Source of the DNA: an uncultured Spirochaetota bacterium
Lineage (GTDB): Bacteria > Spirochaetota > Brevinematia > Brevinematales > JAOACQ01
Assembly: GCA_963835575.1 (NCBI GenBank)
Contig: CAWIGG010000004.1
Coordinates: forward strand, 798,532-862,531
Length of the DNA: 64,000 bases
Direction: 5' to 3'
How positions within the stretch are numbered: position 1 is the stretch's first letter; every line of letters starts with the position of its first letter. Of this stretch, positions 38,302 to 48,223 are shown in pieces. A program made the position numbers and the translations under genes. Under the pieces are notes generated by a model. It was not told where the DNA came from. It saw only the letters and a list, made by a program, of their open reading frames with translations, and did no database searches.

Positions 38302-40562
38302 TACCTAATCCCTTTTTTAATATCGATCAGGTTTAGACGGATTTCCTCGTTCCCCATGTATTTATTGATTTCCGGCGTCACGATCAGGTCAAAAAGATCG
38401 TTTTTATCGGGATTCTCCAGGATTGTTTTTATTTTCTTAGACCAGTTCCAGCCTGTGACAGTAAAGGTTTTGCCTTCGCGCTGGATGGACATAAGGATAT
38501 GTTCGCTATTCCTTCCGATATCGCGGTTGGAAACAATCCGGGCGTTTTTAATAAGAAGCTTCGGTATCTCATTGCCGTTACCGGTCGGCTCCATTACATT
38601 TTCCAGGTACCGGATCATATTCAGATTGATGTTTTCAAGCTGGTCCATTTCGGTATCTACAGCTATTTCCTTTTTTATATCATCTTGATTGAAGGTATCC
38701 ATATATTTAAAAATCCGCTCTTTAAACACATCATTATTTTCGGTCTTAAGCGTAAAACCGCCTGCCGATTTGTGGCCGCCGAATTGTATGACCAGGCTTT
38801 CCAGAGACTGCAGCATTTTTACCACATCAAAACCGGAAGGGGCCCTTATTGAACCTGTGGAAAAGGGATTATCGACTGCGATAATAATCACCGGCATCAT
38901 ATACAGGTTTGAAAAACGGTTTGCCAGCAGCCCGGTCGTTCCCTTGGAAAATTTATCTGAAGCGATGAAGAGGACCTTATCCTTTGCCGGGGAATTCTGT
39001 TCCAGAAAGGCATTAATCAGTTCGATGCCGTCATCAACAATATTTTTTCTTTCAGTGTCTTTGGAAATAATTTCTTTAACCAGATCTTCTGCTTCTTTTA
39101 TCTTGTTCGAGATCAGGAGTTCGACGCTGAAACTCGCGTCGCCGATCCTTCCAGGAGAATTCAGTACCGGCGAAATGTTCCAGCTGATATCCCTGCTGGT
39201 CACTCTTTCAATATTCATATTGATTGCCCGGAGGAGACTTATCAGGCCGATCGGAGCATGGGGCATGAGCCTCAGTCCGTTTTTCACGATATTCCTGTTT
39301 TCATCTGTCAGCGGCATAATATCGGCCACAGTACCGACGGCGGCAAGCGGCAGGAATTCCTCATAGATTTCCATCAGTTTTGTATTTCTGCTGATAATAA
39401 GCCGCCTGTAGACTTCGGAGCAAATCTCGCTGTCAAATACGCTTCTATGCAGCTTTTCCTCTTCCGCGTATAATCCCAGCGCTTTGGCGACAGTATTGAG
39501 TTTATGATCGTTTATTTTTTTCAGCATCACGCGGGCCATTTTAAGCGTGTCTTCAACCTGATTGGCGATGATTGTTTTCAAATATTTTTTAAGCTGATGG
39601 TCCAGGAACCTCATGTCAAATTCAATGGCATTATGTCCTACCAGCTTTGAACTGCCCGCGAAATCAATAAATTGGCGTAAAGCCATGTCTATTTCTATCC
39701 CGTCTTTTGAAAGCATATCATTAGTTATGCCGGTCAATGATGTGATCTCGGCGGAAATGGGGCCTGAAGGTTTTATCAGCGTCTGGAATTCAGAAAGCTT
39801 GACGCCGTTCTTTACCTTGACGGCGCCGATTTCTATAATTTCATCTTTGGTCGGATTGAGGCCGGTTGTTTCAATATCAAAAAAAATAATTTCCTGATTG
39901 TAAGTCTCGTTTAACGCCGTTTTTTCAGCCATACCGCAGACAAGCTTGAATGCCACAGAAGATCCGCTTAGAAAAGAATAGGGGTAATGGTCCTGCGTGT
40001 TTTTCGGATTGATGATGGCATAAGCATTGGGAAGAATTTCGCGCGCTTCATGATGATCGGTTACGATAACATCCAGGCCGATGGAGCGGGCATATTCGAT
40101 TTCGTCAATGGAAGTGATGCCGCAGTCAACTGTAATGATCAGGCTGAACTCATTAAGCGCCGCCCAGCCGATCACTTCCCTGGTAATGCCGTAATTTTCC
40201 ATTCCCTCGGGAACACGGTAGACAATGTTCGCGTCCAGGCGCTGGAGATATTTGTAAAGAATGGCGGTGGCGGTAACCCCGTCAGCGTCTTTATCGCCGA
40301 AAATGAGTATACCCTGTTTTTCCTGTACGGCTTTTTCGATCCGGTCAACGGCTTTTCCCATATCTTTAAAATAAAAGGGCGAATAGAGGCTAAAACAGGA
40401 GGGTTTGATAAAACGCATGATTTTAGCGGGAGTATCAATTCCGCGGCTGAGCAGTATGCTGGTTATGAACTCGGGATAATGGAAAATATTTGAAAGCTCA
40501 TTTATTATTTTATAATTTTTTCCTGCTATCTGCCAGGTCCTATTGGTATTCAGTGCATCCAT
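38301..40562 (-). CDS. recJ: single-stranded-DNA exonuclease RecJ carrying a nested DEDDh (DnaQ-like) exonuclease domain
   Basis: RecJ motifs DKDADG, TVDCG, VTDHH, GTVADIMPL, GGHKSAGG. About aa 221-395 carry FFDIETTGL, GHNAIEFDMRFL and HRSVFDSE. Confidence 0.85.
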   Translation of the reverse strand: MDALNTNRTWQIAGKNYKIINELSNIFHYPEFITSILLSRGIDTPAKIMRFIKPSCFSLYSPFYFKDMGKAVDRIEKAVQEKQGILIFGDKDADGVTATAILYKYLQRLDANIVYRVPEGMENYGITREVIGWAALNEFSLIITVDCGITSIDEIEYARSIGLDVIVTDHHEAREILPNAYAIINPKNTQDHYPYSFLSGSSVAFKLVCGMAEKTALNETYNQEIIFFDIETTGLNPTKDEIIEIGAVKVKNGVKLSEFQTLIKPSGPISAEITSLTGITNDMLSKDGIEIDMALRQFIDFAGSSKLVGHNAIEFDMRFLDHQLKKYLKTIIANQVEDTLKMARVMLKKINDHKLNTVAKALGLYAEEEKLHRSVFDSEICSEVYRRLIISRNTKLMEIYEEFLPLAAVGTVADIMPLTDENRNIVKNGLRLMPHAPIGLISLLRAINMNIERVTSRDISWNISPVLNSPGRIGDASFSVELLISNKIKEAEDLVKEIISKDTERKNIVDDGIELINAFLEQNSPAKDKVLFIASDKFSKGTTGLLANRFSNLYMMPVIIIAVDNPFSTGSIRAPSGFDVVKMLQSLESLVIQFGGHKSAGGFTLKTENNDVFKERIFKYMDTFNQDDIKKEIAVDTEMDQLENINLNMIRYLENVMEPTGNGNEIPKLLIKNARIVSNRDIGRNSEHILMSIQREGKTFTVTGWNWSKKIKTILENPDKNDLFDLIVTPEINKYMGNEEIRLNLIDIKKGIR

Positions 40563-40573
40563 TAAGCCTCTCC

Positions 40574-41488
40574 CTAAGATTCAAGAACAATCGATAAAAG
40601 CGCCATGCGGATAAAAAGCCCGTTATGGGCCTGCCGGAAATAAGCGGACCGGGGATCGCCGTCTACTTCGTATTTAATTTCATCCACTCTGGGAAGGGGA
40701 TGCATAACAATGGCATTCTTTTGAAGAATGTTCATGATTTTTTTATCGATTATATAAATCCCTTTTGTTTTTTCATATTCTTCCATATTGGAAAACCGTT
40801 CCCGCTGGATCCGGGTTTGATAAATCACATCGACGCGCGAAGCCGTGTCTTCCAGATTATCAGATTCCTCATAAGAAACCTTATGCCTTGTTAAATATTC
40901 TTTTATATCATCCCTCATTTTAACATTGGGGGGAGCGACAAAAATTATTTTTATATCATTATATTTCGCGAGGAGATAAGCCAGTGAACGCGCTGTCCGG
41001 CCGTTCGCCAGGTCGCCGACCATGGCAATTTTAATCCCGTCAATACGGCCCAGTTCTTTTTGTATGGTATAAAGATCGAGCAGGGATTGTGTGGGGTGCT
41101 GGCCTGTCCCGTCCCCCGCGTTGATGATGGGGATTTCGGACACAAGGCTCGCCTTTTTTGCCGCGCCGTTCTCCGGATGCCGGATCACGATCACATCGGC
41201 ATAGCCGTTCAGGACGCGGATGGTATCCTCAAGAGTTTCTCCTTTTGCGGCGGAAGAAAAACTGGCCGCGTTTTCTGTTGATATTACGCTTCCGCCGAGT
41301 TTGATCATGGCCGCCTCAAAGGAAAGCCTTGTTCTTGTCGAGGGTTCATAAAAAAGCGTTATAAGGATTTTATTTTTAAGGACGGTTTCCTGTTCTGAGA
41401 GTTTTTCCATCCGGGCCGCAGTACCGAAAAGGTAATCCAGGTCTTTTCTGGAAAACTGCTGGGATTCGATGACATGTTTCAGCTTCAT
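40574..41488 (-). CDS. pyrB: aspartate carbamoyltransferase catalytic subunit
   Basis: STRTRLSFE, HPTQ, HPLPR. 304 aa. Confidence 0.92.
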   Translation of the reverse strand: MKLKHVIESQQFSRKDLDYLFGTAARMEKLSEQETVLKNKILITLFYEPSTRTRLSFEAAMIKLGGSVISTENAASFSSAAKGETLEDTIRVLNGYADVIVIRHPENGAAKKASLVSEIPIINAGDGTGQHPTQSLLDLYTIQKELGRIDGIKIAMVGDLANGRTARSLAYLLAKYNDIKIIFVAPPNVKMRDDIKEYLTRHKVSYEESDNLEDTASRVDVIYQTRIQRERFSNMEEYEKTKGIYIIDKKIMNILQKNAIVMHPLPRVDEIKYEVDGDPRSAYFRQAHNGLFIRMALLSIVLES

Positions 41489-41531
41489 AATTATTCTCCT
41501 TTTTCATTATTTAGAAAAGGATAGAACCGGA

Positions 41532-42228
41532 TTATAAATAACCGCCGCTGTATTTAAGGGCAAGCTGATAAATATCTTCTTCCTCATTTTTGAAAAGATG
41601 CATATTGTATCCGGATGTCGCCATGCTGTTATAATCATCGTTTTTCAAATCGCCGATATAGATAGCTTCTTTTTTTGGCAGGCGGAGCTTTTTTAATGTG
41701 ATCTCAAAAAGAACAGAAAACGGATGGATTATCCCGGCTTCATCGGAAAAAGTCATGTCGTCAAAATAATGATAAATGGATAGTTCTTTAAAAAGAAGCC
41801 GCATAATATCGCCGGGCGTCTTGTTCATTGTGGAAATAAGGCCGATCTTTTTCCCCCTTTCTTTAAGGATGCTCAGGGCTTTTTCGGCGTTTTTACTCAG
41901 CTTCGGGGAAATCTGTAATACCGCGTCAATATAACAATCATAAACTTTTTTAAAGATAACGCTGTCGTGCACATTGAGGAGCTTGAGAAGATAATCCACC
42001 TGACGGAAAGGGCTGAACGACGCCCCCTTTTCTTTTTCCTCTTTATCTGCTATCGATAACATCTCTCTGTAATTTTTCTGAAGTGTATTGAATTTAATCG
42101 GAAATAACGACTTTTCCAGAATGGTATAGATATTGTCCAGCCTGTACCGCTCGCGCTCGGTACTCCCATGCGAAATCATCCAGAAGAGTCTGATAGAGAT
42201 CAAAGATGATGCAATTATAATCGCTCAT
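41532..42228 (-). pseudogene. HAD-superfamily hydrolase whose motif-I N-terminus is in a different frame (frameshift or indel)
   Basis: ATG-42228 with GGGGGAG upstream encodes MSDYNCIIFDLYQTLLDDFAW.. (DxYxT motif I), then stops at 42094. ORF 41532..42203 carries the rest (..IGDLKNDD..). The frames join if one base is dropped at CCC 42165-42167. Confidence 0.6.
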
Positions 42229-42242
42229 AACTCCCCCGCCTT

Positions 42243-44717
42243 TTATTCAGAAACTTTTACCGTTGATATGGAAGAAACCTCATCATCGCCCACGATATCG
42301 ATCAATTTGAGAAGATTGGAGCCCACCTTATTTGTTGAGAGTGAAATTCTTCTGCCGCTTTTTGTCGTGATGATAAGCGTGTCTTCATCATCGCAGAGAA
42401 CAAAATTCGCGAGGTACCGGTTCTTTCCCAGTAATACCAGCCTGTGTCCTTTCGCTCCTCTATGCAGGAGTTCCGAGAACTCGGACGGTTTTACTTTTCT
42501 GCCCCTGCCGTCTTTTGACATAAAGATGATGTACTTATCCTCAATGGCGACTTCCATGCCCAGCACTTCTTCTTCAATACTTTTTACTAATGTGGCTTTT
42601 TCGCCGCCTACTCCTCTATTATGAACAGGGAAAAGGTTTTCGTCAAATCTGAATCCTTTCGCGTTTCTCTTAACCAGGAAAAGCTTCTTTGAACCGTCTG
42701 TAATAACGGCGCTGACGACGGCGTCGCCCTCCTTGAGTTTAATGCTGTTGACACCCGTGCGGTTGACGCTTTCAAAACTGGCCAGGGATATTCTCGCGGC
42801 TTTTCCCTTTTTAGTGATGAATAGAATAAAGTGGTTCTCTGAAAATTCATGGACAACAAGGACGGCGGTGATCATTTCAACGCGGACTTCAATTTCCCTG
42901 AGGCGGTCAATATTCCTGATATGGGAGCGGGTGATTTTTCCTTCCGTATCGCCTCTGATTTCATAGCCTTTAAGCGAATAGATCCTTCCTGAATCAGTCA
43001 CAAATAAAATGGTGTCCTTCAGGAACCCGGACACGGTGGCAAAAATGAAATCGTCGGATTCCAGGCGGTCGCTGTCGGTAACATCGCCTTTGCGTCCGCG
43101 GGTCCCGCGCATGCCGATTTTAACGGAATTGTCGATTTCGCGGATCAAAAAGCCTTTTTTAGAGACAGTCAGGAGGATCGGATCGTTGGAGATCAATTCC
43201 TCGGCCTCAATTTTTTCGGTGACAATCTGATCGAATTTTGTCCGCCTTTCGTCGCCTATCGCTTTGACCATTTCGGCAAGTTCGGTTTTTATGATTTCAT
43301 CGCGTATTTTAGCGCTGTTTAAAATGGATTTGAGTTCCTTGATGAGCTTTTCAAGCCCGGCCTTTTCCTCACGGAGCTTATTTGTTTCAAGGCCCGTCAG
43401 TTTCTGGAGCTTCATATCCAGTATCGCGTCCGCCTGAATTTCTGACAGCGAGAAATTCTTCATCAAGTTATTTTTGGCTGTGGGAGTGTCTTTGGATGTT
43501 TTGATCGTATGGACGACGGCGTCGATATTGTCCAGCGCTATGAGGAGACCGTCGACAATATGGATGCGCTTCTGCGCCTTGTCCAGGTCGAACTGCGTCC
43601 TCCGGATAATGATTTCTCTTCTATGCTTGACATAATATTTAATCAGGTCTTTCAGGGCCATGACCCTGGGATGGTTTTTAACAAGGCCGACCATGTTCAC
43701 TTTCAGCTTGACCTTCAGGGCCGTCTGGTTGTAGAGTGCCGTTTTGATCGCTTCAATATTCGCGTCTTTGAAGAGCTCGATGACAATGCGTATCCCTTCC
43801 TTGCTGGATTCGTCGCGCACCTCTTTAATGCCCCGGAGGATAAGGTTGTATTTGCTCTCGTTATTGAGATAAAGGGTTGTGATTTCCTCAACCAGTTTTG
43901 ACTTCACCACGCGGTAAGGGATCTCTGTAATGATCAGGTCTTTATGCATTCCCTTCTCTTCGATGGATATTTTCCCGGCAAGCTCAACTGAACCGAGGCC
44001 TTTATCATAAATTTCCTTGAATGACTCGGCGTTTGTCAGGATCCCGTACGTCGGAAAATCGGGGCCTTTAATATATTCCATTAGACCGTCTGTTGTGATA
44101 TCCGGATTGTCAATATAGGCGGTTATCGCGCCGGCGACCTCGGTGAAATTGTGAGGCGGGACATCTGTCGCCAGACCGACGGCAATCCCTGAAGTGCCGT
44201 TGCAGAGAAGGTTCGGGAACTTGCCCGGCAGCACCGATGGTTCCTGAAGCGTGTCGTCGTAATTGGGTCTGAAATTAACCGTGTTTTTATCGAGGTCTTC
44301 GAGCATATATTCCGCGACTTTGGAAAGCTTGGCCTCGGTGTAACGTTGTGCCGCGGGAGGATCATCATCGATGGAACCGAAATTACCCTGGCCTATGACC
44401 AGGGGATAGCGCAGATGAAAATCCTGGGCCATTTTAACCATGGCCATATAAATAGATGCGTCCCCGTGAGGATGGTATTTACCCATCACTTCACCTGTGA
44501 TTCTCGCGCTTTTCTTTGTGGGTTTGTCATGCCAGACGGCCAATTCGGCCATTCCGAAAAGAATTCTTCTCTGTACCGGTTTGAAACCGTCGCTCACGTC
44601 GGGAATTGCCCTGCCTGTAATGACGCTGTATGCGTAATTAAGATAGGACGTTTTTATTTCATCTTCAAAATAAGAATTGATAAGCTGAGATTTGTCAAAG
44701 ATTTCGCCTTTGGCCAT
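42243..44717 (-). CDS. gyrA: DNA gyrase subunit A
   Basis: AIPDVSDGFKPVQRRIL and the active-site region AQRYTEAKL. C-terminal beta-pinwheel repeats. Start taken at MAKGEIF with GGAGAGGGGG upstream. Confidence 0.95.
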   Translation of the reverse strand: MAKGEIFDKSQLINSYFEDEIKTSYLNYAYSVITGRAIPDVSDGFKPVQRRILFGMAELAVWHDKPTKKSARITGEVMGKYHPHGDASIYMAMVKMAQDFHLRYPLVIGQGNFGSIDDDPPAAQRYTEAKLSKVAEYMLEDLDKNTVNFRPNYDDTLQEPSVLPGKFPNLLCNGTSGIAVGLATDVPPHNFTEVAGAITAYIDNPDITTDGLMEYIKGPDFPTYGILTNAESFKEIYDKGLGSVELAGKISIEEKGMHKDLIITEIPYRVVKSKLVEEITTLYLNNESKYNLILRGIKEVRDESSKEGIRIVIELFKDANIEAIKTALYNQTALKVKLKVNMVGLVKNHPRVMALKDLIKYYVKHRREIIIRRTQFDLDKAQKRIHIVDGLLIALDNIDAVVHTIKTSKDTPTAKNNLMKNFSLSEIQADAILDMKLQKLTGLETNKLREEKAGLEKLIKELKSILNSAKIRDEIIKTELAEMVKAIGDERRTKFDQIVTEKIEAEELISNDPILLTVSKKGFLIREIDNSVKIGMRGTRGRKGDVTDSDRLESDDFIFATVSGFLKDTILFVTDSGRIYSLKGYEIRGDTEGKITRSHIRNIDRLREIEVRVEMITAVLVVHEFSENHFILFITKKGKAARISLASFESVNRTGVNSIKLKEGDAVVSAVITDGSKKLFLVKRNAKGFRFDENLFPVHNRGVGGEKATLVKSIEEEVLGMEVAIEDKYIIFMSKDGRGRKVKPSEFSELLHRGAKGHRLVLLGKNRYLANFVLCDDEDTLIITTKSGRRISLSTNKVGSNLLKLIDIVGDDEVSSISTVKVSE

Positions 44718-44927
44718 AGATCCCCCTCTCCATTGACACATGTTGTATACGTTATCTTAATAGCAGCATTATTAAATTTTAAGACATAATATTATATCAA
44801 AAAAGGGCTGTTCTGTAAAGTTTAAGGATGAAGGTAAAATAATTAAATTGAAAATATTGCCTCAATTTATTTTCTTTTTTCTTAATCGTTTGTTAAAATA
44901 TATAGCTGTTTTTTTCAGGGAGAAAGA

Positions 44928-46868
44928 ATGATTGCTTTAAAGCTGGGAAAAGGAAATTTATCTCTTGATAAGCCTCAGACTGTCAAAGAAATATTAACTT
45001 ACTTGAAAGAAAACATGGATAAAGCGAAAGAGCTGGGCGTACAGGGCATTTTAAACGATGTCATCGCGGCGGATTTTAACGGTAAGTTAATTGATCTTTC
45101 TTTTAAAGTCGCAGAAAACGGAAATTTGAAGTTTTTTAACTCCCAATCGGCAGAGGGTCTGGATACTCTCAGGCACAGCGCCTCCCATATCATGGCTCAG
45201 GCGGTATTACGGCTTTATCCTAATTCCAAACTGGGGATCGGTCCTACCATTCAGGACGGTTTTTATTATGATATAGAGACATCATCCCCGATAAACGAAC
45301 CCGATCTGGCCAGGATTGAAGAGGAAATGAATAAGATCGTTGAAGAAAACTTTGAGTTTTCACGGGAAGATATGGACAGTAAAAAAGCTTCCGGGTATTT
45401 TAAAAGCGTTAAACAGTCATATAAAGTCGAGTTGATAAAAGACATAGCGAGCGACAAGGTCAGTTTGTACAAACAGGGCGAGTTTACAGACCTCTGCCGC
45501 GGTCCTCATATTCCATCAACAAAGTACTTAAAGGCATTCAAGCTTCTTTCCGTTTCCGGCGCTTACTGGAGAGGAAGCGAAAAGAACGCGATGCTGACAC
45601 GTATTTACGGGACAGCCTTTCCTGACAGGAAAGAGCTCCAGCAGCACATAGCCATGCTGGAAGAGGCGAAAAAGAGGGACCATAGAAAATTAGGCAGGGA
45701 ACTGGATCTGTTTTCAATAGACGATCAAATTGGAGGCGGTCTGGTTCTATGGCACCCGAAAGGCGGCAGGATACGCTACGAACTCGAACAGTTCTGGCGG
45801 GAAGAACATTACCGGAACGGCTATGAGCTTGTTTTTACTCCGCATATCGGCCGGGGGCAGCTCTGGGAAACCAGCGGTCACCTCGGTTTTTACAATGAAA
45901 ATATGTACTCCCCGATGGATATTGACGGGCAGCCATTTTATGTAAAGCCGATGAACTGTCCGTTTCATATTGCAATTTATAAAACAAAAGCGCATTCTTA
46001 CCGCGATCTTCCCTATCGCTGGGCGGAACTCGGCACGGTTTACCGTTATGAAAGAAGCGGCGTCCTCCATGGATTGATGAGGGTCCGCGGGTTCACACAG
46101 GACGATGCACATATCTTCTGCACTCCGGAACAGATGCCGGAAGAAATCGACCGCACTTTGAGTTTCTGTCTCAAAATGATCCGTTCTTTCGGTTTCAACG
46201 ATTTTAAGTTATATCTTGCCACCCGTCCGAATGATGCAGTCGGCGATCCGGAAAGGTGGGACGCGGCGATCAAATCCCTGAAAGAGGCCATTGAAAGGAC
46301 CGGTCTGCCAAGCGAACTGGATGAGGGCGGCGGTGCGTTCTACGGCCCCAAGATCGATCTTAAGATTAAAGATGCTCTTGGACGCGAATGGCAATGTTCC
46401 ACCATTCAGTTCGATTTTAACGAGCCCGAACGCTTTAAAATGACCTACACAGGAAGCGATGGAGCCGACCACCAGCCGTATATGATCCACAGGGCGCTTT
46501 TCGGTTCAATCGAACGTTTTTTTGGAGTGCTTATCGAGCACTACGCCGGTAAATTCCCGCTCTGGCTGTCGCCGGTTCAGGTCACATTATTGCCTGTATC
46601 CGACAAATTCAATGAGTACGCGAAAAAAATCGAGCAGACTCTGATTGACAACAAAATACGCGTCGAATCGGATTTGACCCCGGAAAAGCTGGGGTATAAG
46701 ATCAGAAAAGCACAGATGCTGAAGATCCCCTATATGCTGATCGTGGGTGAGAAAGAGGCTGAAACAAAAACAATATCATTACGGCACAGGGATAAAGGTG
46801 ATCTGGGGACATCTACCCTCGAAGAATTTTTAAAGAATATACTTGAAGAAAATATAAAGAGAGTGTAA
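44928..46868 (+). CDS. thrS: threonyl-tRNA synthetase
   Basis: 646 aa. TGS-like N-terminus, editing-domain HSASH motif, class II core (FRHEQSG-type YRYERSG, GFTQDDAH), anticodon-binding C-terminus. Confidence 0.95.
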   Translation: MIALKLGKGNLSLDKPQTVKEILTYLKENMDKAKELGVQGILNDVIAADFNGKLIDLSFKVAENGNLKFFNSQSAEGLDTLRHSASHIMAQAVLRLYPNSKLGIGPTIQDGFYYDIETSSPINEPDLARIEEEMNKIVEENFEFSREDMDSKKASGYFKSVKQSYKVELIKDIASDKVSLYKQGEFTDLCRGPHIPSTKYLKAFKLLSVSGAYWRGSEKNAMLTRIYGTAFPDRKELQQHIAMLEEAKKRDHRKLGRELDLFSIDDQIGGGLVLWHPKGGRIRYELEQFWREEHYRNGYELVFTPHIGRGQLWETSGHLGFYNENMYSPMDIDGQPFYVKPMNCPFHIAIYKTKAHSYRDLPYRWAELGTVYRYERSGVLHGLMRVRGFTQDDAHIFCTPEQMPEEIDRTLSFCLKMIRSFGFNDFKLYLATRPNDAVGDPERWDAAIKSLKEAIERTGLPSELDEGGGAFYGPKIDLKIKDALGREWQCSTIQFDFNEPERFKMTYTGSDGADHQPYMIHRALFGSIERFFGVLIEHYAGKFPLWLSPVQVTLLPVSDKFNEYAKKIEQTLIDNKIRVESDLTPEKLGYKIRKAQMLKIPYMLIVGEKEAETKTISLRHRDKGDLGTSTLEEFLKNILEENIKRV

Positions 46869-46910
46869 AATAATACAGCATAAGGTTTTTATAAACTGAG
46901 GAGGTTTTTT

Positions 46911-47435
46911 ATCGCTAGCAAAAATGACAGCCTGCTGATTAATGACCAGATAAAGGCAAAGGAAGTCAGGGTTATTGACGAAAGCGGGGGTCAATTGGGC
47001 GTTCTTTCGCTTGAAGATGCTATAAAGAAGGCACAGGAATTGGATGTGGATCTGGTGGAGGTTTCACCGGAAGCCAAACCTCCTGTCTGCAGGCTGATAA
47101 ATTATGGGAAGTTCCTTTATCAGAAGGAAAAGAAGGCGAAGGAAGCTAGAAAAAAACAGAAGGTAATTGAAATAAAAGAGATGAAATTCCGCCCTAAAAT
47201 CGATATTCATGATTTTGAATATAGAATTAAGCAGATAAAAGGCTTTTTAGAAGCCGGGGACAAAGTAAAAATAACCATCCGGTTCAGAGGCAGGGAGCTG
47301 ATCCATGCGCAGCTTGGCTTTGACCTGGTTAACAGGATTGTTGAAGAATTGAAGGAACTGGGTACTCCTGATAAAAATCCCAAAATGGAAGGCAGGAATA
47401 TCGTTGTCGTCATTTCAGCCAATCATAAGAAATAA
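46911..47435 (+). CDS. infC: translation initiation factor IF-3, apparently initiating at ATC
   Basis: The conserved N-terminus ..LINDQIKAKEVRVIDESGGQLGV lies upstream of the first TTG/ATG in frame. The frame is open from 46884. GAGGAGG lies 6 nt before ATC-46911. Confidence 0.8.
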   Translation: MASKNDSLLINDQIKAKEVRVIDESGGQLGVLSLEDAIKKAQELDVDLVEVSPEAKPPVCRLINYGKFLYQKEKKAKEARKKQKVIEIKEMKFRPKIDIHDFEYRIKQIKGFLEAGDKVKITIRFRGRELIHAQLGFDLVNRIVEELKELGTPDKNPKMEGRNIVVVISANHKK

Positions 47436-47487
47436 TAAGCAGATATTTATTAAATAATGCTTCTTATATAAATTTGTGGAGGAAATT

Positions 47488-47685
47488 ATGCCTAAAATTA
47501 AGACAAATAAATCGGCTGCTAAAAGATTTTATAAAAGCGGCACCGGGAAGCTATTGAGAAATAAAGGTTATAAACGGCATTTGCTTTCCCATAAAAGCCG
47601 GAAGACAAAAAGAAACCTGAAAAAGAAATCTGTTCTTTTTTCGGGTGATGTTTCAAGAGTAAAAAGACTGATACCATACGCATAA
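47488..47685 (+). CDS. rpmI: ribosomal protein L35
   Basis: MPKIKTNKSAAKRF.. GGAGG upstream. Confidence 0.93.
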   Translation: MPKIKTNKSAAKRFYKSGTGKLLRNKGYKRHLLSHKSRKTKRNLKKKSVLFSGDVSRVKRLIPYA

Positions 47686-47731
47686 AAAGCGACGTTATTG
47701 AAGATTTAAGAGGAATGTTTGGAGGTTATTC

Positions 47732-48094
47732 ATGCGGACGAGATATACGGTTGCGAGCAGAAAAAGAAGGAAAAAGGTTTTAGAAAGAGCTAAAGGATTT
47801 CATGGCGCGAGAAAACTCCGGATTAAGGCGGCCAGAGAAGCCGTTATGCACGCCATGCAGTATCAATATAGAGACAGGAGAAAGAGAAAGAGAGATTACC
47901 GTACTCTCTGGATCAGCAGGATCAACGCGTTTGTGAGAAGCCATGACATGACTTACAGCAAATTTATTGAAGGTTTATCAAAAGCGAAAATCGTTGTGAA
48001 TAGAAAGTTCCTGTCCAATCTTGCCGTGGAAGACGCTGCGGCTTTTGAGAAATATATTGAGATAGCAAAAGAGAATGTCGGAAAAAAAATATAA
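47732..48094 (+). CDS. rplT: ribosomal protein L20
   Basis: MRTRYTVASRKRRKKVLERAKGF..YRDRRKRKRDYR. Confidence 0.95.
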   Translation: MRTRYTVASRKRRKKVLERAKGFHGARKLRIKAAREAVMHAMQYQYRDRRKRKRDYRTLWISRINAFVRSHDMTYSKFIEGLSKAKIVVNRKFLSNLAVEDAAAFEKYIEIAKENVGKKI

Positions 48095-48223
48095 ATTAAG
48101 TATTATTCTCATTCTTTTTTTTTTGATCTGGTTTCTGCAAATCCATGCTTAAGACTTGTTAATCCTAATTATTCTTTAAAAGGCGGCGCTGTCAGCTTTT
48201 CCCTGGATTATGAGAATATCGGT

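Noticed and set aside
38689-39366. Long antisense ORFs inside well-supported genes: 38689..39366 and 39987..40493 in recJ, 59443..60063 in flgE, 42133..42624 in gyrA/HAD, 52699..53175 in ldhA, 61387..62148 in fliK.
   Set aside because: Their low-complexity, Ser/Leu/Ile-rich translations have no motifs or start context. They are shadow ORFs opposite genes with strong codon periodicity.
44742-44927. Divergent gyrA/thrS intergenic region considered as a replication origin.
   Set aside because: No DnaA-box-like 9-mers (TTATCCACA family) and no AT-rich 13-mer cluster were noticed. dnaA and dnaN are not in the window.
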